The notes under the pieces were generated by a model. The model saw only the letters and a program-made list of their open reading frames with translations. It did not search any database and was not told the DNA's origin. This document shows, one piece after another, positions 1 through 9,848 of a DNA stretch of 64,000 nucleotides (position 1 is the stretch's first letter; the number at the start of each line of letters is the position of its first letter). The stretch comes from an uncultured Elusimicrobium sp. Lineage in GTDB: Bacteria > Elusimicrobiota > Elusimicrobia > Elusimicrobiales > Elusimicrobiaceae. Made by a program: the position numbers and the translations under genes. The stretch is taken from NCBI GenBank assembly GCA_964490555.1, contig CAZBCE010000003.1, positions 733 through 64,732 on the forward strand, read 5' to 3'.

Positions 1-1691
1 CCTTCTACCGTGTTAAGCCCGCCGTTAGCGGCTGTCTTGGCGGCGGAGCGGTAAACGGCATTTTTATAAATATAATTTGCCATGCTCATTGAATTTTTGC
101 CCGCCAGATATTTTAGCGCGCTGTACTGCACCTGCGCTCTTTTAACCATGGCAGGCATATTAACTATAAGTTTTTTGCTGCCTTTAAAAAGGTTCAGGAC
201 GCCCGCCCAAATCCTGTCGCTGTTCTTTACCGCGCCTTTGGTTATTGCGCCGAGTATAAAAACGTTTGTAACGGCTTCGGCGGGGCGTTCTTTAAAGTTA
301 AAAAGACTCTTCCAAAAACCCTCAATTTCCTGTTCGTTATTTTTAAAAATAATATCGGAATAAAAACCCTCGTCGCTAAGCACTTTTACGGGGGAGGCGC
401 CTTTATAACCAATTAAATCCACATAAGTTTTACCAAGCTCATTTCTAAGAGCAGCGCGCAGCTCCTGGTCCATATCGGCGTCTTTGTTAAGCGCAAAGTA
501 ATCATTATTAATGCGCGCCGCCATATAAAGACGCATTGCGGATTTTTCCGCCGTCGGTAAATCTGATTTAAGGGCAAGGTTTGAAAGCGCAATATCTCTG
601 TGGCAGGTTACCATTGGAGAGGAAGGCAAAGGCGCGGTAAGCAAAAATCTAAAAGCGTCCCGCCAGTCGTCGCGGCCGGAATAAAACTCTCCGTACATTC
701 TGATAGCTGAAGAAAGGTGGGCAGGTTGTTTTACGTCGGAAGCGACATACAGGAAAATATTTTTTACGTCTTTTTTACCCTTATTCTGCCGGCTGTACAT
801 TGCGTTAACAGTAGCGGGAGGTGTTGCCGTTTTATATTGGCGGAAAGGCTTTTTGCCGCTTTTGAAAGACGCGCAAACGCCGCCGCCGAAACCGTCTTTA
901 TGCGTGCAGGTTTCTTTTATCCACTGGTAGCTGTTGTCAAAAGCTTTTATAAAGGCAAACGGGTCAACATAGCCCGAAGTTACCTGACTGACAGGCTTTG
1001 CCTGAGAGGAAAGTTTATTTATAATCTCTTCAAAATAAACCTTGCCGCCCCTGTCCGCAATAACGGGCGCGGCATACTGCATAAAATTAACTTTTGCTTC
1101 TTCGCCGATATTTTCGTCCGTCATAACGGAGGAGATTTTGGAAAGTTTTACAAGCTCGGGATTATAACTGTTTAAAAACAGCAGGGCGCTGCCGGTATGG
1201 TCGGTATCACATTTATCAAGCTTGCCCATGCAGGTATTATACTGCGTCCTGTAAAGCGTGCTGATTTTATAGTAAAAATCTCTGTTTGTTAACTCCGCGT
1301 TAAACCAAATAATCGGCAGCACCGCGCTGTATATTGTGGCGTGGAGTTCGGGCGAGGTTCTTGCTTTGCCCGCCGCGACATTATAAAAACTTGCTATAAA
1401 AGTATTTGCGGTTTTGTTAAAATCGTCGCGCTGCTGTTTGGTTTTTAAACCCGTGGCGTTAAGTTTTATTATACGGTCCGCGGCAAATTTTAAATCTAAA
1501 GAAAATTTAAGGTCACCCTGCGCCTTGGCGGACATCAAAGGTTTTACGACGCGCGTATTATCCTGCACGGCAATATACTGCTTCCGATTGTAATTCATTA
1601 TCTCGGTAGCAACCTGCCCAAAGCCCTGCCCGTAAAGCAGGCAAAGCATAAGGATAAGGGAAACAGATTTTCTGTACGCGCTGTTAATCAT
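1..1691 (-). CDS. hypothetical secreted protein; C-terminal part runs off the window
   Basis: Absent from the ORF track because it has no in-window stop. Manual minus-strand translation from ATG (1691-1689) gave an open frame of more than 560 codons. It begins MINSAYRKSVSLILMLCLLYGQGFGQ, which looks like a signal peptide. The + ORFs 82..363 and 717..1175 lie antisense within it. No family recognised. Confidence 0.6.
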   Translation of the reverse strand, partial: MINSAYRKSVSLILMLCLLYGQGFGQVATEIMNYNRKQYIAVQDNTRVVKPLMSAKAQGDLKFSLDLKFAADRIIKLNATGLKTKQQRDDFNKTANTFIASFYNVAAGKARTSPELHATIYSAVLPIIWFNAELTNRDFYYKISTLYRTQYNTCMGKLDKCDTDHTGSALLFLNSYNPELVKLSKISSVMTDENIGEEAKVNFMQYAAPVIADRGGKVYFEEIINKLSSQAKPVSQVTSGYVDPFAFIKAFDNSYQWIKETCTHKDGFGGGVCASFKSGKKPFRQYKTATPPATVNAMYSRQNKGKKDVKNIFLYVASDVKQPAHLSSAIRMYGEFYSGRDDWRDAFRFLLTAPLPSSPMVTCHRDIALSNLALKSDLPTAEKSAMRLYMAARINNDYFALNKDADMDQELRAALRNELGKTYVDLIGYKGASPVKVLSDEGFYSDIIFKNNEQEIEGFWKSLFNFKERPAEAVTNVFILGAITKGAVKNSDRIWAGVLNLFKGSKKLIVNMPAMVKRAQVQYSALKYLAGKNSMSMANYIYKNAVYRSAAKTAANGGLNTVE

Positions 1692-1735
1692 AATAAAATA
1701 ATATAGTTTTATTCGTCTGACTGCAAGGGACTTAT

Positions 1736-1759
1736 GACCTAAGCCCCTTAGGTCTTTTT
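1736..1759 (+). terminator. terminator-like hairpin in a divergent intergenic region
   Basis: Perfect 8-bp stem GACCTAAG/CTTAGGTC with a 3-nt loop, followed by TTTTT. It sits about 70 nt upstream of the 1827 start codon. There is no upstream + strand gene for it to terminate. Confidence 0.35.
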
Positions 1760-1826
1760 GTACTTATTGTTATGGTACTTTTAAAATGGTAACATTCATA
1801 AATATATCTTACTTTTTTGGGAATTT

Positions 1827-4784
1827 ATGAACTTTTTGCAAAAAATACTCCTTTTTTCGGCTCTTTTTGCCATTTCTGCGGCGGCCTTTGCGCAAGAGGG
1901 GCCCTCCGTAAGAGTTCTTTATTTTTCCGATGAATACAGCATAGGTTCCAACCTGCAAAACGCTTTTCAGGATGTGCTGCTTAAAGGCGGCACGCTTTAC
2001 ACTATAGACAGGGTGGAAAAACTGCCCACCCTTTTTAACGGCAACTCCTACATTTTAAATCTTCCGCCCGATATAGAAGATTCCGCCTTGGAAGAAACCA
2101 ATGTCTACTACAAAAGCATAGGCAAAAAAGAAGCTGTTATAACAGGCTCTTCGCTTATGGTGCAAAGCCCGTCTTTCGACAAGAACATAAAAGAAGCTCT
2201 GCTTAAAACCGCGCAGGACGGCGGCTCCGCCAAAAATTACGTTGCGGCCGATATGATATCCGCCCGCACGGGCCTTTTGGCTTTAAACACGGGCGGCACT
2301 TTGGAAGTACTTTCTACCGATATAGGCCGTTTAAAAGGCAGCTGGGTTCCCGCCGTACTGGTAAATTATCATCTTTATAAAGGTTTGGATAAGAGCATAG
2401 TTTCCATATTTGAAAAACCTTTAGGCGGCATAGGCGCGTGGAGCGACGCCGTGGCGGATATAACCGCGCAGGAAAAAGAAAAACCTTTAATTATATCCAC
2501 GGGGGGTTATTATCCTTACGAAAGTTTAGGACAGCAGCCGCAGTTTTTTGCCGACTATTGGAAAGAGCTTAAAGCCGACGCTCTTGCCGTAAATCCGAAG
2601 GATATAGAATTTCTGCTTTCCGTGCAAAAAGAAACGCAGGATATTCCCCCGCTCTTAGCCTCCAACATAGAACCTGAAGCCTCAGACGCGCCTAACCCGT
2701 TTGTAAAAACTCTTTTAATAGAACGCGGAGGCATTAAAACAGGTATCTTTTCGCTCGTGCAGGAGGCGCCTTTGCGCTCCGCGGACGGCAAAAATATTGC
2801 ATATAAAGTTACCGACGCCGACGCCGCTGCGCAGCAAGCCGTAAATGATTTACGTTTTAAGGATAAAGCAGACTTTATTATTTTAGTTTCCCACCTTGAC
2901 GATACGGAACTTAATAAAATCTTCCAAAATGTATACGGCGTGGATATGGTTATAACCGCGCAGAGGAAAGATAATTCCTCCCTTAGAAAACACAAAATAG
3001 AACTGGAAGACTGGAACAGGGAAAGACATTACACCCCTGCCTATATCTCCGCAGGCAACGGTTATGTTTTGGGCGACACCCGCATAACTTTTAAGCAAAA
3101 TTCGGGCGGCCTTACACCTGCGCTTATAGAAGACGGCGCACCGCGCGACTTATATTACAACAATACTTTTTCCAACCGTTTTTACGCCGTTAATAAGCAG
3201 CTGTTCAGCGGCATTACAAAAAAGGGAGGGGAAATTTTACCGAGCGCAAAAAAAGTTTCCGCCTACGGGCAGGAAAGATACCTTTCTTACACCCCGCTGG
3301 AGTTTTTTAATATGGCGGCGGCGATAATAAAAAAGCAGACAAAGAGCGAAGTTTCCCTGGTAAAAATCCTGCCGTTTAACGAACAGTTTTTAGGTAATCT
3401 TACCGAGGAAGAAGTAAAAAAATGGCTTGGCGCGGACGACCCTGTTCTTAACGCCGCCGTTAAAGGAGACACGCTTAAAAAGATTTTAAAATATGCGGAC
3501 TTCAGCCCCGTATTTAACGGCAATACTACGGACTATTCCCTTTCCGCCGCGCTTGCCTGCGCTGGCGCTACAAAAGACGGAGATACATATAAAATAAACG
3601 CGTTAAGCGTAAATGACGACGAGTTTTATTATATCTCATTCCCTGCATCTCTTATGCAGGAACGCTTTATTCCCGCCGACGTAAAAAATAGTATTTTTAT
3701 AAGAAAAGAAGCCCCTTTAAAGCTGCATGGCGCGGTAATTGATTACCTTAAAAAAATAAAAGAAACAAATAAAAGAGCGGCGGCGGCTTTGTTTGACTCT
3801 TATATGCAGGATTATAACTTTCGCAAAGAAAATAATCTTCCCCCGCAAGACGAAATTACGCAGCAGCTTGACCTTAAAATGCAGGATATAGGCCCGCAGG
3901 CCGTGCAGGAATATTTTGAGGAAGAAAACGGCGGAGAATATACCAAAGAACTTTTTGCTCTTATGGAAAACCGCCCGCAGATATACGGACAATGGAGATA
4001 TAACCTTAAAAATCTTTCTTTGCAGGCCACCAGCACAGAGGTTAAAAACGCGCAGTATTACCAAAACTTTTCCAACAGCCGTTTAACTTCCGACAGCCAG
4101 AAAGTTTTGCAGGGCAGGCTTAACGCTGCGGCGGAATATTATAAAGACAGAATACGCTGGAATAATAATTTACTTTTAGAATACGGCCGCGTAAGTTTGC
4201 GCAGTTATTCCGGCGCAAAATCTTCCAACGAAAGTATGGATAAAATTTCCCTCTCCACGGATTACACCTATAAATGTATAGACGTAAAAGATATTTTGGG
4301 CGGCTTTTTGCTGGGCCCGTTTTTAAGTTTGGGTTATGATACGGAGTTTACTCGCCCCGCCGACGCGCCCCGCTATAAAGCGCTGCGCGGCAAAGGCGGC
4401 ATAAGACTGTTTGAAGGTAAATATCTTAAAGATTTATACCTTGCGCTCGCGCCTGAGGTTGACTTTACTTACGCCGCGCCAAGCAATAAATACGCGTGGG
4501 AATTCGGCGTAAAATTAGAGCAGCCCGTAAACCCGAATACCAAAGCGATTTACCGCGCTATGGTAAGGGACTTTTTTGTAGCGGATAATAAAAACAATAC
4601 AGACTATTCCTACGAAATTGAACTTGATACCCGTCTGGAAACCGAGGTCTGGCGCAAGTTTTCCGTCGCGCCTTTTATAACCTACTACCAAGCCAAGGCA
4701 AAAGGTTTTGACCAAAAGGGCAGCAACCTTTATATAGGCGTATCATTATCCTACTCCAGACTTTTCAAACGCCTTCCCTTTTAA
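1827..4784 (+). CDS. large secreted protein: degenerate metallophosphatase/5'-nucleotidase-like region plus predicted C-terminal outer-membrane beta-barrel
   Basis: 985-aa ORF with signal peptide MNFLQKILLFSALFAISAAAFAQ. The central blocks ISTGGYYP, ADALAVNPKDIEF and FIILVSHLDD...GVDMVITAQ resemble UshA-type phosphoesterase blocks but lack the catalytic His and Asn residues. The C-terminal ~300 aa have alternating aromatic/polar strands and end in a terminal F (RLPF), as in OM barrels. Confidence 0.55.
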   Translation: MNFLQKILLFSALFAISAAAFAQEGPSVRVLYFSDEYSIGSNLQNAFQDVLLKGGTLYTIDRVEKLPTLFNGNSYILNLPPDIEDSALEETNVYYKSIGKKEAVITGSSLMVQSPSFDKNIKEALLKTAQDGGSAKNYVAADMISARTGLLALNTGGTLEVLSTDIGRLKGSWVPAVLVNYHLYKGLDKSIVSIFEKPLGGIGAWSDAVADITAQEKEKPLIISTGGYYPYESLGQQPQFFADYWKELKADALAVNPKDIEFLLSVQKETQDIPPLLASNIEPEASDAPNPFVKTLLIERGGIKTGIFSLVQEAPLRSADGKNIAYKVTDADAAAQQAVNDLRFKDKADFIILVSHLDDTELNKIFQNVYGVDMVITAQRKDNSSLRKHKIELEDWNRERHYTPAYISAGNGYVLGDTRITFKQNSGGLTPALIEDGAPRDLYYNNTFSNRFYAVNKQLFSGITKKGGEILPSAKKVSAYGQERYLSYTPLEFFNMAAAIIKKQTKSEVSLVKILPFNEQFLGNLTEEEVKKWLGADDPVLNAAVKGDTLKKILKYADFSPVFNGNTTDYSLSAALACAGATKDGDTYKINALSVNDDEFYYISFPASLMQERFIPADVKNSIFIRKEAPLKLHGAVIDYLKKIKETNKRAAAALFDSYMQDYNFRKENNLPPQDEITQQLDLKMQDIGPQAVQEYFEEENGGEYTKELFALMENRPQIYGQWRYNLKNLSLQATSTEVKNAQYYQNFSNSRLTSDSQKVLQGRLNAAAEYYKDRIRWNNNLLLEYGRVSLRSYSGAKSSNESMDKISLSTDYTYKCIDVKDILGGFLLGPFLSLGYDTEFTRPADAPRYKALRGKGGIRLFEGKYLKDLYLALAPEVDFTYAAPSNKYAWEFGVKLEQPVNPNTKAIYRAMVRDFFVADNKNNTDYSYEIELDTRLETEVWRKFSVAPFITYYQAKAKGFDQKGSNLYIGVSLSYSRLFKRLPF

Positions 4785-4828
4785 CGCGCCGCAAAAACCT
4801 TACACGATATATTTAGTAGAATATTTTT

Positions 4829-5476
4829 ATGACTCTTACCGAGTTTGACAAAAACATTTCCGCCCAAAACCCGTCTTTAACCCTTGTAGGCGTAGACGAG
4901 GCAGGCCGCGGCCCTTTAGCGGGGCCCGTGGTTGCTGCCGCGTGTTATATACCGCCGCAGCTCTACACCCACGAAGTTATGGCGCAGATAAACGACAGCA
5001 AAAAACTTACGCCTTTAAAACGCCAAAAAATATTTAATATTCTTCAAACTTTACCGATAGTTTACTGCACGGGCTTTGCCACGGGCGAGGAAATTGACCG
5101 CATCAATATTTTGCAGGCCACCTTTGCCGCAATGCGCCGCGCCTTGGCTAAATTTGAAGATAAGCAAATTATCGCCCTTGTAGACGGCAATCACACCATA
5201 CCCGCCTTAAAACACAACCAAAAGGCAATTATAGACGGCGACGCTTTATCTTTAAGCATTGCCGCCGCCAGCATAATAGCCAAAGTTACAAGAGATAATT
5301 TTATGGAAGTTATAGATAAGCAATATCCCGTTTACTGCTTTGCCTCGCATAAAGGTTACGGCACAAAACAGCATATAGAAGCTTTAAAAAAATACGGGCC
5401 GTGCAAAGAACACAGGAAAACTTTTGAACCTGTTTCTACCCTTTGCTGCGGGCTTTTCGGCGGGGAAAAATGTTAA
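4829..5476 (+). CDS. rnhB: ribonuclease HII
   Basis: Motif GVDEAGRGPLAGPVVAAA near the N-terminus, DSKKLT, and a 215-aa length are typical of RNase HII. Confidence 0.95.
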   Translation: MTLTEFDKNISAQNPSLTLVGVDEAGRGPLAGPVVAAACYIPPQLYTHEVMAQINDSKKLTPLKRQKIFNILQTLPIVYCTGFATGEEIDRINILQATFAAMRRALAKFEDKQIIALVDGNHTIPALKHNQKAIIDGDALSLSIAAASIIAKVTRDNFMEVIDKQYPVYCFASHKGYGTKQHIEALKKYGPCKEHRKTFEPVSTLCCGLFGGEKC

Positions 5477-5835
5477 CGCAAAAACGCGCCTACGGCAACG
5501 AAGCGGAAGACCTTGCCGCCGAGTATCTTAAACAAAACGGCTACAAAATTATAGCGCGCAATTACGCCTGCAAAACGGGCGAGATAGATATAATAGCGCA
5601 AAAGGGCGGCTGCCTTGTTTTTGCGGAAGTTAAAGCGCGTTCCACGCAGGCCTTCGGCGGGCCTGTGGGCGCGGTAACCGCCGCCAAGCAGAAGAAAGTA
5701 GCCAATACCGCCATGTGTTATATAAAAGAGAAAAAACCGAAATTTGACAGTTTAATGTTTGATATAATAGCCGTACTGGACGGTAAAGCGCAGCATATAC
5801 AAAACGCTTTTGTCCCGCAAAATTTTACGCTGTAA
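5470..5835 (+). CDS. yraN: YraN family (UPF0102) endonuclease-like protein
   Basis: GEIDIIA...LVFAEVKAR motif and ~120-aa size. The track start at 5443 is a TTG; the ATG at 5470 overlaps the rnhB stop (ATGTTAA). The rnhB-yraN adjacency is a common synteny. Confidence 0.85.
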   Translation: MLTQKRAYGNEAEDLAAEYLKQNGYKIIARNYACKTGEIDIIAQKGGCLVFAEVKARSTQAFGGPVGAVTAAKQKKVANTAMCYIKEKKPKFDSLMFDIIAVLDGKAQHIQNAFVPQNFTL

Positions 5836-5859
5836 AAAATAAATGAGAGGTGGATATTT

Positions 5860-6681
5860 ATGACCCAGCTTGACACAATAAAGAAAGCGGCAGCATTTAT
5901 AAACAAAAAGACCAAAAACTTTAAGCCCGAAATTGCCTTTATAACAGGCAGCGGCCTTGCGGGCTGCGCGCCGGAGATGGAAGGCAAAGTTACGGTTCCC
6001 TATTCCTCTATCCCCGGTTTTTTAAAAAGCACCGTTGCGGGCCACAGCGGAAACCTTATTTTCGGCACATATAAAGGCAAAAAACTGGCCGTTATGCAGG
6101 GCAGATTTCACTACTATGAAGGCCACGCGATGAAGGACATTGCCATAGCCGTAAGAACGCTTGGTATGCTGGGCGTTAAAACCATTTTAGTATCGGCCGC
6201 AGTAGGCTCCATAAACGCAAAGCTTATCCCAGGCAGCTTAGCCGTGCTTAAGGACCACATTAACTTTATGGCAAACAATCCGCTTATCGGCAATTACGAC
6301 CCTGCCTTCGGCCCCATGTTCTGCGATATGAGCACCACCTACGACGCCGACCTGCGCAAAATTGCCTTAACGCTTGCAAAAAAGCATAAAGTAAACGCGG
6401 GAGAAGCCATTTACCTTGCCGTAACAGGCCCTAACTTTGAAACACCCGCGGAAATCCGCGCGTTTAAAACCTTGGGCGCGGACGTTGTGGGTATGTCCAC
6501 CGTGCCTGAAGTTATTGTGGCCCGCCAGCTGGGTATGCGTATATGCGGTTTAAGCTGGGTAACAAATTTGGCAAGCGGTATATCAAAACACCCTTTAAGC
6601 CACAAGGAAACTTTGGAAGAAACCAAAAAGATTGAAGGCAAGTTCAGCAAAATCTTGGCGGATTTAATTCCGAAACTTTAA
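5860..6681 (+). CDS. punA: purine nucleoside phosphorylase (trimeric PunA/PNP family)
   Basis: Blocks ITGSGLAG, GRFHYYEGH, GADVVGMSTVPEVIVARQLGMR and SWVTNLASG; 273 aa. Confidence 0.88.
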   Translation: MTQLDTIKKAAAFINKKTKNFKPEIAFITGSGLAGCAPEMEGKVTVPYSSIPGFLKSTVAGHSGNLIFGTYKGKKLAVMQGRFHYYEGHAMKDIAIAVRTLGMLGVKTILVSAAVGSINAKLIPGSLAVLKDHINFMANNPLIGNYDPAFGPMFCDMSTTYDADLRKIALTLAKKHKVNAGEAIYLAVTGPNFETPAEIRAFKTLGADVVGMSTVPEVIVARQLGMRICGLSWVTNLASGISKHPLSHKETLEETKKIEGKFSKILADLIPKL

Positions 6682-6687
6682 AATAAA

Positions 6688-8115
6688 ATGCGCGATAAAG
6701 TCATAAAACTTGGCAAGGAAACTTTAATTTACGGCACTTCCACTATAGCGGCAAGGCTGTTTAATTTTTTCCTCGTTCCTTTCTACACTTATTACCTTGT
6801 TACTACGGATTACGGCACGGTTGCCACGGTTTTTGCCTTTATCGCGCTTACAAATATAGTATATCAGTACGGTATGGATCAGGCTTATTTGCGCTTTGCG
6901 GGGGATAAGAATTCCAAAGATACCTTTTCCACGCCGTTCACGGCGGTACTGGTAAGCGCGGTATTATTTTCCGCCATAATTTTTGCGCTTGCGCCGCAGG
7001 TTGCGCTTATCATCGGCGCGGGGGAAGAAAACGCTTACCTTATAAAACTTTCCTGCGCCATAATGGCCTTTGACGCTTTAAATATTATCCCCTTTGCAAA
7101 ACTGCGCTTTGAACATAAAGCCTGGCACTTTGTAACGGTACGCACGCTTTCCATAATGGTAAATGTTATTGGCAATATTTTGGCTTTGGCTTATTTTAAA
7201 GCAGGCATAGAAGGCATTTTTTACGCGGGCATTTTTGCGTCCTTAGCCTCTTTGGTTTTACTGCTGCCCGTGATAATAAAAGAGTACACTCCTACATTTG
7301 ATAAAGCTTTGTTTAAAGAGATGTTTGCCTTCTCCTGGCCGTTTATTCCCGCGGGTATGGCAAGCCTTTTGGTTAATGTTATAGATAAACCAATCCTCTC
7401 CCACTTAGCGGGCCTTAGCGACGTAGGTATCTATCAGGCCAACTGCAAGATAGGCATATTTATGATGTTGATAGTTTCTATGTTTGACCAAGCTTGGCGG
7501 CCATTTTTTATACAGTACTCAAAAAAGGAAGACTGCAAACTTTTATTTGCCAAGATATTAACCGCTTTTACCGCTGTTTCCACTTGGGTGTTTTTAGGCC
7601 TTACAATGCTTATAACCACCGTTATAAAAACACCTATCTTCGGTTTTAACCTTATACACAAAAGCTACTGGAGCGGGCTTAACATTATTCCGCTTGTTTT
7701 GGCTGGCTATTTGCTTTACGGTTTTTATATTAATTTCATGGTCGCGCCCGTGCTTACCAAAAAAACAAGGGTGCTTATGTGGATTACTCTTTTCGGCGCG
7801 GTTGCCAGCGTGGTAACAAACCTTACATTAGTACCGCTCGTCGGCATTGTGGGCGCGGGCTGGGCTATATTTGCAAGTTACGGCGTTATGGCATTAAGCT
7901 TGTTTATATTTTTACAGCGCAATTACCCCATAGAATATGAGTATAAAAAAATAGCGCTTATGGGTGCTGGCGTTGTGCTGGGTTTACTTATAAACACCAT
8001 TTTGGGCGATGATATAACAGTAACCTCTACCGTAGTAAAAGTTATTTACCTTGCGCTTTACCCCGCTTGGGCCGCCTTTGTTATACTTAAAGTAAAAGCA
8101 ACCAAAAATTATTAA
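6688..8115 (+). CDS. oligosaccharide/polysaccharide flippase (MOP/Wzx-like) membrane protein
   Basis: 475 aa with about 12-14 hydrophobic helices. N-terminus KETLIYGTSTIAARLFNFFLVPFYTYYL is typical of polysaccharide biosynthesis flippases. Confidence 0.72.
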   Translation: MRDKVIKLGKETLIYGTSTIAARLFNFFLVPFYTYYLVTTDYGTVATVFAFIALTNIVYQYGMDQAYLRFAGDKNSKDTFSTPFTAVLVSAVLFSAIIFALAPQVALIIGAGEENAYLIKLSCAIMAFDALNIIPFAKLRFEHKAWHFVTVRTLSIMVNVIGNILALAYFKAGIEGIFYAGIFASLASLVLLLPVIIKEYTPTFDKALFKEMFAFSWPFIPAGMASLLVNVIDKPILSHLAGLSDVGIYQANCKIGIFMMLIVSMFDQAWRPFFIQYSKKEDCKLLFAKILTAFTAVSTWVFLGLTMLITTVIKTPIFGFNLIHKSYWSGLNIIPLVLAGYLLYGFYINFMVAPVLTKKTRVLMWITLFGAVASVVTNLTLVPLVGIVGAGWAIFASYGVMALSLFIFLQRNYPIEYEYKKIALMGAGVVLGLLINTILGDDITVTSTVVKVIYLALYPAWAAFVILKVKATKNY

Positions 8116-8128
8116 TTTGACGCCATAC

Positions 8129-8162
8129 AAAAAGAGCCTTTTTTAAAAAAGGCTCTTTTTTG
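8129..8162. terminator. bidirectional intrinsic terminator between convergent genes
   Basis: AAAAGAGCC-TTTTTTAAAAAA-GGCTCTTTTTT hairpin flanked by A- and T-runs, between the flippase (+) and the lipoprotein (-). Confidence 0.7.
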
Positions 8163-8178
8163 TTTGTGCGGCCAAAAA

Positions 8179-8793
8179 TTATTTTACGCTTAAAAGAGTA
8201 AGTTTAAGTTTTGCAAGGCCGTGTCCGTCGGTTATGTTTATAACGGTGGGCAAGGTGCTTTGTTCGTAAACCTGATAGTTCTCAAATGTAAAAACCTTTT
8301 GTACTATAAGCTTTTTCTGCTCAAGTTTATAGGGAAAGCTTAAACCTTTTTTAAAGTAATAACTGCTTAAATAAGGCTCGCCCTTAAAAGTTATTTTATA
8401 ATCCTCGCCGCGCAGGGTGGAATAACCCGCAAAGTTTTGCGGTTTTTGTATAAGCGTTTTTATAATCTCTTCAAAAACTGTCTGCGCCTTAGGGTCCAAA
8501 GAAAGCACGGAAGATTTATAAACAAAATTACTGCCGTCAAAAACAGCTTCCAGCAGGGTAGCGGCAAAGTCGCCCGTTATCTTTACGCTTACGCCTTGCT
8601 CCTGCGCCTTAAGCGTAAGAAGGGCGGCGTAACTGCTGCCTTTTGCTTCCCCCTCCGCCTTAAAAGCGGCAAAGGTAAGGCCGTTTTGCAGGAAAACGGG
8701 GTAATTGCGCTGCGGTTCTTTTGCCCCTTTTGTACCGTAAGGTGCGCACGCGCCAAGTAAAGTTAAAGCTAAAAGTATTTTTATTATTTTCAT
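8179..8793 (-). CDS. hypothetical lipoprotein
   Basis: MKIIKILLALTLLGAC has a lipobox-like LGAC. The start is taken at the internal Met of the 208-aa track ORF. No family recognised. Confidence 0.55.
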   Translation of the reverse strand: MKIIKILLALTLLGACAPYGTKGAKEPQRNYPVFLQNGLTFAAFKAEGEAKGSSYAALLTLKAQEQGVSVKITGDFAATLLEAVFDGSNFVYKSSVLSLDPKAQTVFEEIIKTLIQKPQNFAGYSTLRGEDYKITFKGEPYLSSYYFKKGLSFPYKLEQKKLIVQKVFTFENYQVYEQSTLPTVINITDGHGLAKLKLTLLSVK

Positions 8794-8827
8794 ATACAAA
8801 ACCAAGGTCTTTTTATATTATATTATT

Positions 8828-9847
8828 ATGGTCAATTTATTTCTTTATTTTCTGGCTTTCGCTTTCGCCTTTCTGCTTACTTTTACGGTTATGCCGCTGC
8901 TGCGCGCAAAGCTTGGCGGCAAACTTAAAGATACCCCCACCTCACTTAAAAACCATACGGGCATTATCCCTTTAACGGGCGGCGCGGCAATAGCTTTCGG
9001 CTTTGCCTTAAGCCTTATATTAATAAGATTTTTGACTGACTTTCCAACAGGCACCCTGCGCAACTTGCGCGGACTTTTTATAGGCGGAGCATTGGTGTTT
9101 TTAGGCGGTGTTTTTGACGATTTAAAAAAGCCCGCAGGCATAAGCCCGTACACCAAATTATTGTTCCAGGCCGCTGCCGCGCTTATCCTTATACATTACG
9201 GCGTTTGCGTGCAGTTTTTGCCGCCGCCGTTTAACCACATAATAACCGTGCTTTGGGTAGTTGGGCTTACCAATGCTTTTAACCTTATTGATATTATGGA
9301 CGGCCTTGCCGTAAGTCAGGCGGCATTGGCGGCTTTGGCCTTTGGCATTATAGCTTTACCGTCGGAGTTTATTTATGTAAACTTTGCGGCCTTCGCGCTA
9401 TTGGGCGCGTGCCTTGCGTTTTGGCCTTATAATCACAGCAAAGCCAAAAAGACTTTTCTGGGCGACAGCGGCAGCAACCTTTTAGGCTTTTTGCTGGCGG
9501 CGGTGGCTTTGGGTACAAATTATTCCAGCGTAAACAGTATGGCGGTATTTGTGCCGCTGCTCATTTTGGCCGTTCCTTTATTTGATACAGCCTTTGTTTC
9601 CGTCATAAGAATAGCAAAGGGCATATCCCCGCTTAAAGGCACTCCCGACCATTACCCCCTGCGGCTTATGCGTATGGGTTTAAAAAAGCCCCTAATTTTG
9701 TTATTATCTATAATTGCCGCCTTACTTTACGATGCTTTAGCATTTTTTATAACCAAAACCACGGGCGGCATATCTTTGGCGATATATCTTACTGTGCTTT
9801 CAGCTCTGCTGGGGCTGGCGCTGTGGCTTAAATTAAAAACAAAATAA
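8828..9847 (+). CDS. polyprenyl-phosphate sugar-1-phosphate transferase (glycosyltransferase family 4, MraY/WecA-like)
   Basis: Multi-pass membrane protein with the NAFNLIDIMDGLA motif (N-x-x-N-x-x-D-G-x-D-G-L type) and FDDLKK. Confidence 0.82.
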   Translation: MVNLFLYFLAFAFAFLLTFTVMPLLRAKLGGKLKDTPTSLKNHTGIIPLTGGAAIAFGFALSLILIRFLTDFPTGTLRNLRGLFIGGALVFLGGVFDDLKKPAGISPYTKLLFQAAAALILIHYGVCVQFLPPPFNHIITVLWVVGLTNAFNLIDIMDGLAVSQAALAALAFGIIALPSEFIYVNFAAFALLGACLAFWPYNHSKAKKTFLGDSGSNLLGFLLAAVALGTNYSSVNSMAVFVPLLILAVPLFDTAFVSVIRIAKGISPLKGTPDHYPLRLMRMGLKKPLILLLSIIAALLYDALAFFITKTTGGISLAIYLTVLSALLGLALWLKLKTK

Positions 9848-9848
9848 T

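Noticed and set aside
82-1175. Plus-strand track ORFs 82..363 and 717..1175
   Set aside because: Both lie antisense inside a much longer open minus-strand frame (1..1691) that has protein-like composition and a signal peptide. Their own sequences are Cys/Phe/Arg-rich and look like antisense noise.
5443-5469. Longer N-terminal extensions given by the ORF track for yraN, gpsA, guaC, tsaC, the PilZ protein, the 150-aa orphan and two pilin-like genes
   Set aside because: Several track starts are TTG or GTG, or lie upstream of the conserved family N-terminus. Internal ATGs with SD-like sequences or class III signal peptides fit better.
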